A stretch of 64,000 nt of DNA, taken from contig NC_135764.1 of assembly GCF_052425735.1 (NCBI RefSeq), positions 30,070,001 to 30,134,000 of the forward strand, read 5' to 3'. Made by a program: the position numbers and the translations under genes. Source of the stretch: Oculina patagonica (Eukaryota). The notes below the pieces were generated by a model, which was not told where the DNA came from, did no database searches, and was given only the letters and a program-made list of their open reading frames with translations. This document shows, piece after piece, positions 12,302 through 25,543 of the stretch. The number at the start of each line of letters is the position of its first letter. Positions within the stretch are counted from its first letter, which is position 1.

Positions 12302-12801
12302 NNNNNNNNNNNNNNNNNNNNNNNNNNNNNNNNNNNNNNNNNNNNNNNNNNNNNNNNNNNNNNNNNNNNNNNNNNNNNNNNNNNNNNNNNNNNNNNNNNN
12401 NNNNNNNNNNNNNNNNNNNNNNNNNNNNNNNNNNNNNNNNNNNNNNNNNNNNNNNNNNNNNNNNNNNNNNNNNNNNNNNNNNNNNNNNNNNNNNNNNNNN
12501 NNNNNNNNNNNNNNNNNNNNNNNNNNNNNNNNNNNNNNNNNNNNNNNNNNNNNNNNNNNNNNNNNNNNNNNNNNNNNNNNNNNNNNNNNNNNNNNNNNNN
12601 NNNNNNNNNNNNNNNNNNNNNNNNNNNNNNNNNNNNNNNNNNNNNNNNNNNNNNNNNNNNNNNNNNNNNNNNNNNNNNNNNNNNNNNNNNNNNNNNNNNN
12701 NNNNNNNNNNNNNNNNNNNNNNNNNNNNNNNNNNNNNNNNNNNNNNNNNNNNNNNNNNNNNNNNNNNNNNNNNNNNNNNNNNNNNNNNNNNNNNNNNNNN
12801 N
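12302..12801. other. Assembly gap (500 N)
   Basis: Run of N. Confidence 0.99.
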
Positions 12802-12805
12802 TGGT

Positions 12806-13230
12806 CCCGGGGGGGGGGGGGGTACTCCCTATAATGGCCTATACGGGGAGGCTCCGCCCGAAAGGGGTACCTTTTTCAGGCTTAAGGTATATGAAAGGGT
12901 AGGGATTTTACAAGTTTTGGTATACGAAAGGGTATGGAAATCTGTCATTTAGGTATTTAAAAGGGCCTTTAATTTAAATATTTCGAACAGACGCAATTTA
13001 CGGCTATATTATTTTAATGTTTTGAGCGCCACGTGAAAATGACAAGAAAACGTCCTGTTCTAAGTCCATGCCATGTCTTTTAGGTATATGAAGGGGTACC
13101 CTTTTTCAGTAAAAGATATACGAAAGGGGTACAATTTCTGTCAAAAATGGTATATAAAAGAGTAAGGGGTCAGACCTCGGGGCGGAGCCTCCCCGTATAA
13201 AACTTTTTTGAGTGCCCCCCCCCCCCCGGG
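12806..13230. mobile_element. MITE with CCCGGG/poly-G termini
   Basis: CCCGG(G)n ... (C)nCCGGG ends; subterminal inverted repeat TATACGGGGAGGCTCCGCCC; no clear TSD. Confidence 0.7.
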
Positions 13231-13480
13231 ACGTTGGTATAACAAAGCGGACTTGTTCAAATCAAGTGCCCATAATTATAATCTCCGAATTCGTGTAAGA
13301 ACTCGAACGAAGTTAACACAGTCAATGACGTAACTAAGTAGGAGTTTAATATCACAAGTAACGTACAAGTACATCACAAAGCCAATTGGAATTAATAAAA
13401 TGCGCGATAAACGTGGCGTGTGCCAAGTCAGTTTTAGATTTTCCGTTTCGACGAAGGCCTTACATTTTATTAGACGGTAG

Positions 13481-13695
13481 CTGCCTCGTCCCCAGGCGTC
13501 CTCGTCCTTGGTCGTGCACGGTTCGCTTGGTGTTGTGGGACTGACGTGCACGGTTCGCTTGGCGTTCTGGGCCTGATGCGGACGGGGAAGCGGACGCGCT
13601 CCGCGGCTCGCTCCCTAACCATCAAACCCCGCGCTCCCTGTTTTCCCGCCTTACCGCCTCAACGTCCGGCCAATCGGCGCCTGGGGACGAGGCAG
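13481..13695. mobile_element. MITE with 9-bp TSD (AcademH- or MULE-like)
   Basis: 18-bp TIR CTGCCTCGTCCCCAGGCG; perfect TSD AGACGGTAG at 13472-13480 and 13696-13704. Confidence 0.85.
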
Positions 13696-14275
13696 AGACG
13701 GTAGCATTTCATGCATTCATTCGTCGAAGTTCTGAAAGCAAGTTCTTCTGCTATTATTGAGGACCTTGTTTGTGAAAATAATATGAATTTCTGATGGAGA
13801 TTTGTCGGCTTCTTTTCCATCCCCTCTCTTGATCGTCGCCATTTTGCTTCTGCGTGCCAAACCAACCTCGTCCTCAGGGTCTCATTTCTCGCCCAGAGAT
13901 GAGAGACCCAGAGAATGACGATTACGTCGAACATAAGAGGTAGAGGCTCTCCAGTCGTGACCCAGGCCTCCGAGTTGAAACAAAAGGGAATGATAGACTG
14001 ATCATGACATAGCATCTGAGCAGTTTTCGTTTGACTGTGGAATGAATGTGGCGGATTAATGGATTAAAAAACGTGAAGCGTGCTTTGAGATAACCAATCA
14101 GGAGCAGAATTTTTTATTGCTTGTCAGCGTTGCATACCTCGGCAACGGTTGCATGTCATTTTCCCGCGCTTGTTTGCTTCGTATTCTTGCGAGTTTTGAT
14201 TGCTTCCCTGCGTTTAATAACGGGCTAAATGAATGCTCTGAGTGAACTTGAGTTTTCCCATCCTCTCATCTACAT

Positions 14276-15337
14276 TCAGGAAAAAGGACTTGTCAGCAAG
14301 TTCCAAAGAGCAACTAAAACAAGACGAAACGTTCTTTTGTACTCTGTATTCCAGCCGGCGTAGATAAAAACATTCACTCCTGAGTTGGCGTAAATCAAAC
14401 AGACTGTGGCATTGACCACAGCAGGCGGAGCAAACGGCGCCTTCCACATCTCCACCACGTCAATCACGATGATTGGCAGCACAAGAATGATGAATACACC
14501 TAACAAGACAGCGATCATCCGGGCACCTTTCCCGCGCCTGTTGCTGTTAACAACGCGGTTACGTAGACGTATGTGAGGAAGGTTATCTCGAGGTTTTTCC
14601 CGAATCTGTTCCCCGTTTGTGCTAAATTCTTCGTGTGTAATCGAGATTTCGTTAGGCAGTGAATTGTTTGTCCTCAAGCTGAATTCCTGGGCCGCGATAG
14701 CGCGCGAATGTCGAAATGACGCTTTCAGGATAAAGAGGTAGAAGATTATAATGGTGATTAATGGAAATCCGTGAATGAGAACATAGCCAGTAGCGACGTA
14801 CTCTCTGTTTAAGGTCGCGGTAAAACGACACGTCGGAGATGACGTTCCTTCAGACCTTCCCCACCCCACAAGGGGTAAAATTGCAAACACAATCAGAGAT
14901 AACCAGCTTATGGCAAGGGAACAAATGAACAACTTCATTGTAACCCAGCTATTGTAATTGAATGGCCATTTTATGGCTATGAATCTATCTACGCTTACGA
15001 GCAGAATGTTAATGTTCGAAGCACCTCCAAAAAGTATCGCAAAACAAACAACCACGTGACATGAAATTGAACGTTCGTGGCTAGCTTCGAGAAGAACTGC
15101 GACACGAAGAGGAATCGCCATAGCCGCTTGGCACAAGTCCGCCACGGCCAAATTCGCCAAAAAGAGGTCTGAAATGGAGCGAAGATTTCGGTTGATCGCA
15201 ACAGCGGCCAACACAAGCAAATTCCCGCCAAAAGCCAAGGCAGATATCACGATTAAACAAACGGCTGTAATAACAGAGCTGGTTTGATATTTACCATCAG
15301 TGTCAACATTTTCTGTGTTGTTAAATGCCACATCCAT
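14276..15337 (-). CDS. Class A GPCR, adenosine/amine-receptor-like orphan
   Basis: 353-aa ORF, 7TM; GN, LAVAD, DRF, LPLVGW, ECL2 Cys, long ICL3, NVFIY. Confidence 0.9.
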   Translation of the reverse strand: MDVAFNNTENVDTDGKYQTSSVITAVCLIVISALAFGGNLLVLAAVAINRNLRSISDLFLANLAVADLCQAAMAIPLRVAVLLEASHERSISCHVVVCFAILFGGASNINILLVSVDRFIAIKWPFNYNSWVTMKLFICSLAISWLSLIVFAILPLVGWGRSEGTSSPTCRFTATLNREYVATGYVLIHGFPLITIIIFYLFILKASFRHSRAIAAQEFSLRTNNSLPNEISITHEEFSTNGEQIREKPRDNLPHIRLRNRVVNSNRRGKGARMIAVLLGVFIILVLPIIVIDVVEMWKAPFAPPAVVNATVCLIYANSGVNVFIYAGWNTEYKRTFRLVLVALWNLLTSPFS

Positions 15338-17383
15338 GTCAAATGTTATTAACAGAAAGATATCTGTATTATTTATGAACTTTTTTTCAGTAAACTTCCT
15401 TTTGAATAAAGTTACAGCGTCGTTTAGTAGAAGAATGAAACACCCACAGTATTTTGCTGCGTGATAAATACCCCGGCGTTCGTCCTCAAACAGGGAACTG
15501 CTCTCTTCTGTCTACAAAATCAACTATAGGGGTTTGTGTTTTTACCTCAAGTTCCCTGAAGTTCCAACCAAACAGTTTCCAAAACTGCACTGTTTAGTTC
15601 GTCGATACAAAGTGACTAATAAACTCTATCAATTCCCTCTTGGCTAAAGTTTTGTCGTCCATGTTTCCATGAAAAGACTCTTCTAATCGCCTTTCTGTTC
15701 CGGCGCAATATTTGCACTGAACCGAAATATAAATATGGTTAAAACTTTCCAGTTTTCAAAAAAGACGACGAACACGCACTCAGACAGCTTCCCGTGTATC
15801 AAAAATACAGTAAATCGTCGCCTCTGACCGTCGTTTACCTTAGCCTGAACCAAAAACCATTGAGTAAAATCGAGTTTCCCCATATGAATTGAACACCCAC
15901 TTGAAAACACAGGATGATATTTCGCTTCCACCCGTGCACAACAAAAGCGTTAATTATGGGACTGTCAATGCGCTATTTATCTCTTGACACGCATTTGAAT
16001 ACCAAAGAAACAACCTGCTCTACGCCAACACGCGAAACGGTTTTGTTTGAGTTATCAAATGTCTTACCTGACTGCTTGTCAATCAAATATTGAAAATTGG
16101 ATTGCTCCGGCAATTTTCTTTTTGTATTTGAGGAAAGACCCCTATTTAGACACGTGCATTAGAAAAGAAAAAGAATATATTGTGAAAATAATTTTGCGTT
16201 AGAACAATGTAGGGCTGTTTGTAAGCGGATAGCTGATAAAAATGACAATTTGAGACATAAAACTGCTAAAAAAGCGATGGCTATTTGAAATGGCTGTCAA
16301 ATATTTTAATTTTCCTCACTTAATATTTCCTGCTTGAAAACAATACTCAGGATTCAGAAGGAAATTACGTGACATTAATTATTCAAAAGGGTAAGCATTA
16401 TATTTTATTCACAGATTAAAAAACAACCTGCGACCCAAATTAACCAATTTTGTACCTATAATATTCCAGTAATACATAATTTGCGAAATGACAAAATGTT
16501 TTAATGATTTTGTAAATTAACTGTTTTGAATAATCATGATAATTAGCAAACATTTTCTTCACCAAAGTCAAATAACCCAAACTCAGTGTTGTCTTTGTTG
16601 ATGTTTGTTGCAAAGAGCTTTATCGTACCCAGGCTCATTTCGTCGATGAAGAACGCGGTACTTGAAACGCAGATCGGGGTCCAGTTTTCGCGTGCACCGG
16701 GCAACAAAGCCACGCGAACCAAAGACGGACAGCTAGGGACATGGCAGGGCAAAGAAAATATTACCATATAAAGCGTCTATAGCCATTTCACTGGCTAGCT
16801 TACTAATGGCAAAAGGCTAAGGGACTTTTGACTGGTTGCTCAGCAAGCATGTCATGCAAAGTATATTACATGAATGGGATTTGCCGCCAGAATCTAGATC
16901 TCTCTATTGGTTTTGTGTACACTTGTTGGAAAATTAACTTAAAGGCGGCCCAACGACCTACTTTTTTGTGCTGGATTTGATGAACCACAGAAACAAACAG
17001 TCTTGTTGCCAAAGGAGGGTTATCAGTTTCAATTTTGGCTTCTAAAAATGCGAAAAAGGGGGAGGGGGGGGAGGTAAAGTGCCGTGCTCGTCAGTTCCTC
17101 TCGTATACTCCACTCCACCCTCCCCCCCCCCCCCCACCAAAAAATTAAGATTATCTTTCCACTTTTAGACAGCTTCCTCCCTAGCGACTTCTGACACTGG
17201 ACTGGACGCAATTTCTTGCAGCATTATTTCTTAACATTTATTTGCCACAACCAGTAGTGATTATTTACAACAAAGGAACGATGATACTTGCATTTGTCGT
17301 GACCTGAATCAATTTACATGTGTATCTTTTACACGAACAAAAAATTTCGTATCCACTGTCTTCACTTTTTAATTGATTTTTTT

Positions 17384-18327
17384 TTAATTAGCGGGATGCA
17401 CAACTTGGGTTTGTAATCGAAATACGAACTTTCTCATTTCTTTCTGTCGCCAGCAGTAAATCAGTGGATTAAGAATTGAGTTTTTATTAAAAACGAGCGG
17501 ACCCACGGTAAAAACACTGAGACTGAGGCTTGGAACAGTCCCACAACAAATGACACGAGGAATAAAAACACTGGTGCAAAGCACAGCATAACAGCACCAA
17601 CTACAAACACAGTTGTCTTGAGCGCCTTGCTTTCTTTGACGAATTGTTCCACTTCTTCTTGGGGCAGCTGTTGAGTTTTGATCTTCTTCTGGTGGCGAAG
17701 AGTTTCACGATATAAAATCAAGTTAGAAAATAAAATGAAAAGAATGCACGAAATAAAGGTAAAAGCAACGAAAATGCTAAATAACGTTAATATTGCGTCA
17801 CTGTTTATTACACTGGATACCCCACATAAGAGAGCAACGATCCAAACTGCGATCACTGCCACCTTAATGTTTCGTTTTGTGACAAGGTAAGGATAGTTCA
17901 TAGTAAATTTGATCGCAATAAGTCTTTCGCAAGTTGCTAACATCAGATGAAGACACGAACAAACAGACGCAGTACGTATACAAGTCCTGTGAAAAATGAA
18001 TAACGTTTCAGAATCGGTCATACCAAGCAACTCGATGTATATTTTCCACACGATAAACGATGGTTGCACTACGAGTCCAGTAAATACATCAGTTGTCGCT
18101 AAACAGGCCAGCAAGATGTTGGTGTTGCTCTGGAGCCTTGGTCTTCTTTTCACGGCCATTATCACCAACACGTTGAGCAGAACTGTCAAGGGACAAGTGA
18201 TGCTGTTAATGATGACGGTGATGATACAATTAATCTCGTACAGAGTATTTGGTGCTTCGCCTTCCTTGCTAATATTTGTCAACTTGTTGGTAATGTTTGT
18301 AAAATTTGAGCTGGAGTTGTTGGCCAT
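17384..18327 (-). pseudogene. Class A GPCR (adenosine/melanocortin-like family) with 1-bp frameshift in TM7
   Basis: ATG at 18327 (MANNSS); LACLATTD, ERL; NSILNPLIYCWRQKEMRK lies in another frame after an A-run near 17485; 944 nt = 3n+2. Confidence 0.85.
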
Positions 18328-19107
18328 GATTGTCGACGATATCGTAAGGTAAAGTTTACTGTCTCTCAAATTGCATTAAATACTGTAAAAACAAGAAGAT
18401 TAATTAACGTCGGCTCTTGAGAGTGCAAATGTTTCCATGCATACTACATTTTCCATACAGTGTATTTTTTCCGAGCAGTTTAAATTGAAATTTATGGAAA
18501 AGAGCTGTTAGCTAATGGAGTTGTACCGAATTCGAAATTGCCTTTTTCATCGGTTTAAAGCTAATTTCCCATCACAAATGTTCTTTAATTTTTTCCCATA
18601 CAAGTGTTTTTACTCGCTAAGCAAAGTTTTACTTGAGACTACTATGCAAATCAGTCTAAAAATCGCAGAAATGTTAAATGGACGCTGAACTTCGTGAAAA
18701 TCCAGTCGCCAAATTTATAACGATGTGATACTTCGCAAAATTTTACAAAAAAAACATCTAACACAAAGTCTAAATGAGATCGCGTGTTAATACAAACATC
18801 AGGCCAGTATCGACGATCGTATATAGAATATAAGCGCAAAAAATGGGTTACCAGGTACCCCCTACTAAAATCTCCTCGCGTTCGCTCATCCGTCGTTCAT
18901 TACGTAAACGCCTCGATAAGAAACTTGACAATGTATAATTTCGCAAATTCGTTTTTTTTTTGCCATGCAAAGTACAATTTCGCAAAAGTTCCTGATTTCA
19001 GTAATTGCCATTTCACCAAATTTGCATATTTAATTTTCCATTTCTATTTCGCGAAAGTTCCCGATTTCAACACTCTCTCCAAGTGCCACTTGTCCATGTA
19101 CCGACTA

Positions 19108-20337
19108 CAGGCCCGTAGGCTGGTTTTTGCCCGGGTAGGTTCGTTTTCTTTTAGAACGGACCATTAGTTACCAGTGTCCCACTAATTTAAAAAAAAATAC
19201 CGTTACTGAAGAAGATTTTCCAGTTGTAGTCTTGAGGCCGGTGCACAAGATCGTCACCACATACAGATAATTCTCCACTAGTACTAGGGGCTGAGGCCAC
19301 CAGAGTAGACTCAGCCGGGCTTTGATCGTATCACTCTCTAACGACGTTGACTCTGACCAGGACGTCTCATCTTGTTTTGGCTTCTTTGACGACATAAATC
19401 GATCTAACATATGGCATGAAGCAGCTGCTCGTTTCCTTTCTCGTTCGTTTTGCTCGCGACGCCCCATACTACCTTCGTTTACGAATAACAAAACAAATCG
19501 ATAGCAGTTTCCTGGTGTAAACGCCGATGTTCTTGATGCACTCGATGTTCTGTAAGCACAAAATGGCGACCACTTGCTTCAGGCCACGACCGTTCAAAGA
19601 TAGACGTTGGGCCCTAGACCGAGAAAACCCTTCGGCATCCTAAATAAATTTTTCACTTAAAAATATTAAGACAAAGAGATAAATAAATTTTAAGCAACAG
19701 CAAGAAATTAAAGATAGGAAGCCACAACTCTCCAAAATCAGTGAGAACGAGAATTTAAGGACTCAGAGCGCACTATCTCATGTACTTATTCGTTTGCCAG
19801 CTGGCCTTATCCTGATGGCTTTTAAATAAGAATTTTGTTTACCCCGCTACCGTCATGACGTGATTCAAAGTCATTTATTTTAATTTCCTTCTTTTCTCTA
19901 CTTTCCACAATGTCACGCTGTCCAGGGGAATTGGATGTCAATTATATTGTTTGCGTTAGGCTTCAGAGCTTAGCTTCAGATATATTTAATTTATTTATAC
20001 GACCGCGACATATTCAAATCGGTGAAATCAACATCAGTTATAACTTTAGTCACACTTTGCTAATGGTTCCAGTCTGAAAACCGAAAAAGAGGAGAATACA
20101 CGAGAAACGTTTGAAAATTAGTCGATATTGTTGAAAATCAATACAAATAACGTCAGTATGTTTTTATTTTTATTTTATTATGCGCGTAGGCCATATGTAT
20201 GCTGTACCATTCAGACCGGACCTTTAATGCTGTACCATTCAGACCGGTACATTAATGCTACACCATTCAGACCGGACCTTTTCAGGCGGTGGGGGGGTTC
20301 GTCCGAACCCCCCGAACCCCCCCAGCCTACGGGCCTG
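19108..20337 (-). mobile_element. hAT-like non-autonomous element, 7-bp TSD
   Basis: TIR CAGGCCCGTAGGCTG; CCGACTA duplicated at 19101-19107 and 20338-20344; remnant N-terminal ORF MGRREQNERERKR... from 19467. Confidence 0.82.
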
Positions 20338-20986
20338 CCGACTATTTGCATTTTTAACTTTCATTTCATCTGCTGTAATTTGCAAAGTTCTCAGCATTTC
20401 ACTAAGTGTCATTTGCCGTCAAATTTCAATTTAATTTCGCAAAGTACCCACCGAATGATCGTTAGAAATTGATGACAACCGATAGCAATCCATTAAAATT
20501 GAAATAGTTTAGTTTATATTGTGACTGTGCATGAAAATTGGAATTCGCGTGGAATTAAAGCTGGTTAAATCTGAATTAAAGTTTGTTATCCAACTTTAAA
20601 CCGTCAAATAAAGGTTGTTAAAGGTGGTTAAACCGACCTTGAAGCTAGGTAGCGAAAAGCTAATAAAATTAACTCAAGCTTTACTTGCGCTTTACAACAA
20701 TCTATTATGGGATCACTACATCAACTGAGTGCTAAATAGTTAGTCCCATGCTATCATGCATGTTATTAAACGATCACATAGGTCACCACAGTAGCCGACC
20801 TAGGGCCTCTTTACATGAGAACCGGCGAGTTGAGTTTCGTCCCGGGATGAAAAAAAAATTTTACACGAACGTGCTCATCCCGGGATGCCGGGACGTAAGT
20901 CGTGCCGCCCGAGTTGAGTTCATCTCGCCCTTGCTTACATTACATTACATTTCATCCCGGAAGACTGTTTACATGGCGGTTTTCGT

Positions 20987-21178
20987 CTACCTTATTATAG
21001 GACATTAACGATACATGTTATTAACGCGAATTTCAAGAATTCGCGTTAATTTTATGTATGTTAGCTTTTTTACTATAAGCATTTGACCAGAACTTTTCCT
21101 AAATTCGCGTTAATTTTGTTACGCGTAAATTTTGTTCGCGTTGTTAAAATGTCTCGTTATATTCCTATAATAAGGTAG
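20987..21178. mobile_element. Small inverted-repeat element
   Basis: TIR CTACCTTATTATAGGA / TCCTATAATAAGGTAG; internal TTCGCGTTAA repeats. Confidence 0.6.
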
Positions 21179-21458
21179 GCTCTTTTTATACCGTTGGTGC
21201 TAGCATTTTTTTGGCATTATTTGGCTTCGCGAGCATTTTTTTCTGCATTTTATCCCCAAAAGCACTGCTAGTATTATTTTAAACTGATTATTTGTATAAT
21301 TTTGTGTTAAAAAGCACAATCTGACTTTATTTATGGCGTCCAAAGCCTCCCAGATGCATTTTGCCCTCATTTCAGTCAAAGGAGCCGAGGAGGCCTGGGG
21401 AATAGGTTTGATAGGTCAGCGGTTGCCTTCTAGAAACCCAGTCCATCACACTCGTTCC

Positions 21459-23107
21459 CAATCTCGAGCCCAGAGTCCATCTAGTCGGTCAGCGGTATGG
21501 GATGGACTCTGGGAAACTGGAATCGATCAGATCAATTTCAGGTCGATTTCAGGAAGAACCTTGGTCTTCCGTTTTTTATTGCGCATGCTCGTAGTTCCAA
21601 GCGGAAGTAAATTTCCCAGAACGGAAGTAAATCGAGAAAGTTGAACTACAGTATTACTGGTGTTTATTGATTCAACAAAAGTAACAATAACGTCCTGCAG
21701 TTAACAAAAGAGAGAGTTAACAAAAATGCGTCTGGTGTTTTGATTTCCTTAAGTCTCTTTCTTGAGCATTCTGCTAAGTTTGTTTTAAATCAAAGGTGTT
21801 GTTAGCCTTCCAGGATTCCGTCCGTGAAGACTGCGTGCGTGTGTCAGTTGTTGTTTTTTCGAGGACAGCTAAGAAATTTACATCATACACAGCGCACAGA
21901 CAAGCTATTGTTCTGTTCATAAAAAAATTTTGTTTGGCGACTTTCGCATACTTTTGTTTGGAAAGGCTTTTCGCTGACAGCGCATCTTTTCAGGATAGGT
22001 TGCATGTTTTCGAGCAAATATTTTTTTCCTCGTTGAATGGCGGTGATATTAATAAAGACGTTGAAGGCCACACGCACACAGTTCAACGCTATTAAAAAGG
22101 CGTAATTAGCATTTTGGCGACTTAGCACGTGCACACGTGTGTTATGATTTTTGTACAATTCATTTTCTTCAGCAAAACAACAACGCGTTTTGTTCAAATT
22201 CTGCGTCATTAGTAATTATTTTGAATCGTGCACTGTCTGCCATATTCAGTTTTTCAGTCCTTTTTTATTCATGGTATCTTTTACGCTCAAAGAGAAGGAA
22301 AGAATTAGAAAATACTTCATTTATTTAGAGCCACATCACGATTTCTTAGGTGTTTTTACAAAATTAAGCTGATACTTCAAAACATTTGACCACAGAAAAC
22401 AAAAAAAAATGTTTTTCCAGGGTTTCCGGTTTGGTTTACTTCCGGGAAGATTTTCAGACTTCCGTGTTGATTTCTATTGTTCTGTGAGGGCCAATAGAAA
22501 AAAAGAAATACATTTCAGTTTCCCAGAGTGTCTACCGGCGACCCTACCGCTGACCAACCACTGACGGACCGCGGAGCCGGGAGACACTCTGGGATCGAGA
22601 TTGGAGATTGCCCAGAGTGAGTCCCGGCGACCCTACCGCTGACCAACCGCTGAGGGATCGCGGAGCCGGGGGTCACTCTGGGCTCGAGATTGAGTGTGTA
22701 CCGGCGACCCTACCGCTGACCAACCGCTGACGGACCGCGGAGCCGGGCACACAGCGGTCAAACGCAGCGCGCGTGCGCAGTTCCTGTGTAATTCCCGCCA
22801 AAATTTTCCATACAAAGTCTTAAATCTTCCGAAAACTTTCGCTTTAAAGCCAAAAGTTAACGCCGTTGCTGTAAAGTTAAGGTTTATACGCTGCTTATGG
22901 ATTGGAAATTTGATAATTCATCTCCACTGAGTGTCCCAGCTTGAACTGTTCTTTCACCGTACCATTTCTTTAACAGTTTCCTACAAAAGTTTGCACACTT
23001 TCGAGACAAATTCTCAGAAAAGTTCGAGGCGCCGAAAACCGGAGGTGACGTAATTTTTGCGTTTGACCGCTGTGTGGGAGCCGGGAGACACTCTGGGCTC
23101 GAGATTG
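21459..23107. mobile_element. Academ-like non-autonomous element with reiterated right end
   Basis: Left TIR CAATCTCGAGCCCAGAGT; its reverse complement ends at 22603 (1 mismatch), 22692 and 23107; no TSD found. Confidence 0.6.
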
Positions 23108-24075
23108 AGAATGATTGCAAAATGATCAGTGCAAATTTCACTCGTGACAATTTCAAAAGGATACAACTTCCGTTGGCACAAAATGGCTGTTCTAGAAAAC
23201 CTGTATTCCGTTTAAAATGATACTACATACCTATCTGAAGCTACCGTTTCCTTTTATCGTGAAATATTTTTGTATTTTGATCGAAATAACCGCCTAAAAC
23301 TTTCCGTATGGCAGTGTTTACAAAGAGCGAACCTGTATTTTCACAGCAAAGACCGCTGGGCCAAGGTACTTTTTTCGAATCCTTTCCCAAAGAAACGCAC
23401 GGATCATGAATCCTAAAAATCCGGATTCAGATATGATCTGATGTATCCACTCGAAGTGTGGATTCTTCAAATTATTGATCCAAGATTAATCCATTTTCGG
23501 ATATAGGTAAAGAAACGCAAAATCCGTTTTTGGATCAAGATTCCGGATTTGGATTTTTCCCAACGAAACGCACCCTAAATCTCAACTTGTGAAGATCAGA
23601 CTGATTTGTTCAAGTTTTGTGCTAGTGGACTGAAAAAACACCTAAAAGTTATTATGACTCCATTCATCCTTTAATTTATTTTATTTGATGTCTTCATCCT
23701 TGATGTCCTTGAAGACCTTTTCACAAACTTAAAATTAAAATTCCCGTGACAGTTTCCTTTTAAACTGCCTGGGAACACATGCTGAAAAAGCATTTGGAAT
23801 CGGCGAACATAATTGATCTGGAATTAATTCGTATAACAATATTTTAATATTCAAACTAAAAGTATTAAAAACCATGACTACCTAAAGCGGTAAGAAAGGG
23901 ACTAAAATGTTTCTTTACAAACGAGTTAATCTGTATGGGAACAAATGCTAAAATAGCATTTGGAGTCAGCTAACACAGTTAGTCAGGGATTAATTCGTAG
24001 CACTGAAGTGAATATTAATACCATGACTGCCTAAAGCCGTAAACTTTAGACAATTTTAAACAGTCGTCCCAAAAC

Positions 24076-24829
24076 ATGGCCAATTACAACAATACCGGTA
24101 CGTGTTTAAATTTTACAATCGTTAACAACTGAAGTCTTCCATGGAAGAAGAAACACTAACTGCGCCACTTGAGGCAAATGACATCATCACCATCATCATT
24201 AACAGCATTGCTTGTCCCTTGACAGTTCTTCTCAACGTGCTGGTGATAATGGCCGTGAAAAGAAGACCAAGACTTCAGAGCAACACCAACATCTTGCTGG
24301 CTTGTTTAGCGGCAACTGATATCTTAACTGGTCTCACAGTACAGCCATCGTTTATCCTGTGGACGGCATATGACAAAGGCTGCTTTACCTGTTCCGTATA
24401 CAAAATCCACAATTCATGTATACGACTCCTTTCTGTTTGTTCGTGTCTTCATCTGATGTTACTTACTTGCGAGAGGCTAATTGCGATCAAATTTACCATA
24501 CGCTATCCTTACCTTGTCACAACAAGAAACATTAAGGTCGCAGTAATTGCAATTTGGTTCTATTCCATTTCGTGCGTAGCGTTTAAACCGTTCGAAAACT
24601 TTAGAATAATTCTAAATTTTTTATTTGGCTTTGCTCTAATTTCGTGTATTCTTTTTATTGCCGTCGCTTACATCATATTGTATCGTGAAACCATTCGCCA
24701 CCGAAAAATGATCATAACTCAACAGCTACCGCAAGAAGAAGTAAAAAGATTCGCTAGAGAGAGCAAAGCGCTTAAGACATGTGTGTTTGTAGTCGGTGCT
24801 GTTGTGCTGTGCTTTCTACCAATGGCTTT
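24076..24829 (+). pseudogene. Class A GPCR paralog of 17384-18327, truncated in TM6 by an insertion
   Basis: Shares AVKRRPRLQSNTNILLACLA...CERLIAIKF; homologous ATG at 24076 is 1 nt out of frame with the 24141 ORF; homology stops after LCFLPMAF; no TM7. Confidence 0.88.
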
Positions 24830-25107
24830 CACAGGGCGAAATGGCAAATTTCCTGATCTTTAAGATAAAATTAAATGTCACTTAAAGATAATAAAAATCT
24901 TTAAGTTAAGCATTAAAATCTCTTAAAGTTATTAAAGGTCTAAGCTCCCTTTAAGTGACCTTTAAGAGACCTTAAAGGTCCAAATCGGAACTTAAAGTTA
25001 ATAATTCCTTTAAGAAATTTAATTTTCTACTTAAAGGTAAGGTAAATGTAATGATTCCTTTAATAGTCTTTAATTTGCATATTAAAGGTTAAGTAAAAAA
25101 TTATACC
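24830..25107 (+). mobile_element. Left terminus and TTAA-rich subterminal repeats of a CACTA/EnSpm-like element
   Basis: Begins CACAGGGCGAAATGGCAAATTTCCTGATCTTTAAG exactly where GPCR homology ends; dense CTTTAA/TTAAAG motifs. Confidence 0.65.
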
Positions 25108-25223
25108 TTTGAGAGAAAGCCTTTGTGAAATTCTGTTCGCCGAAGCCAAGAAAGTATTACTGAACATCATAATGATATGGGAAAATCTCATTTGCATTTA
25201 CTTTCAACACACTTAATTAATAT

Positions 25224-25277
25224 ACACGACTACAAAAACTAGTTTCGTCCGAAGACCTCGTCAGTTGGTAGCCGTAT
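25224..25277 (-). ncRNA. Type I minimal hammerhead ribozyme (left arm)
   Basis: Reverse complement of 29190-29243. Confidence 0.82.
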
Positions 25278-25543
25278 GCTGTTAAAAATTTTAAATTTCA
25301 GACGACTTCATATAACATTGCACAAAGAATAACTCTAGTATCTAGGCAACTATAACGCTATATAACTCAAAAAACAGAAAAAAAAAATTTGCTAACGAAA
25401 TCTAAAATAACAACCAGAATAGTATTAAACATAGCAGTAACTAAAAACAAAATACTTAATATATCTAAAGAATAGGAAAACAGAGTTCAGAGTTCAGTTT
25501 CTATTGTGCAATAAAATACAAAGAAATGCTTGTAGCTAGAATT

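Noticed and set aside
12238-12952. ORFs spanning N runs (also 2905-3168)
   Set aside because: Artefacts of assembly gaps
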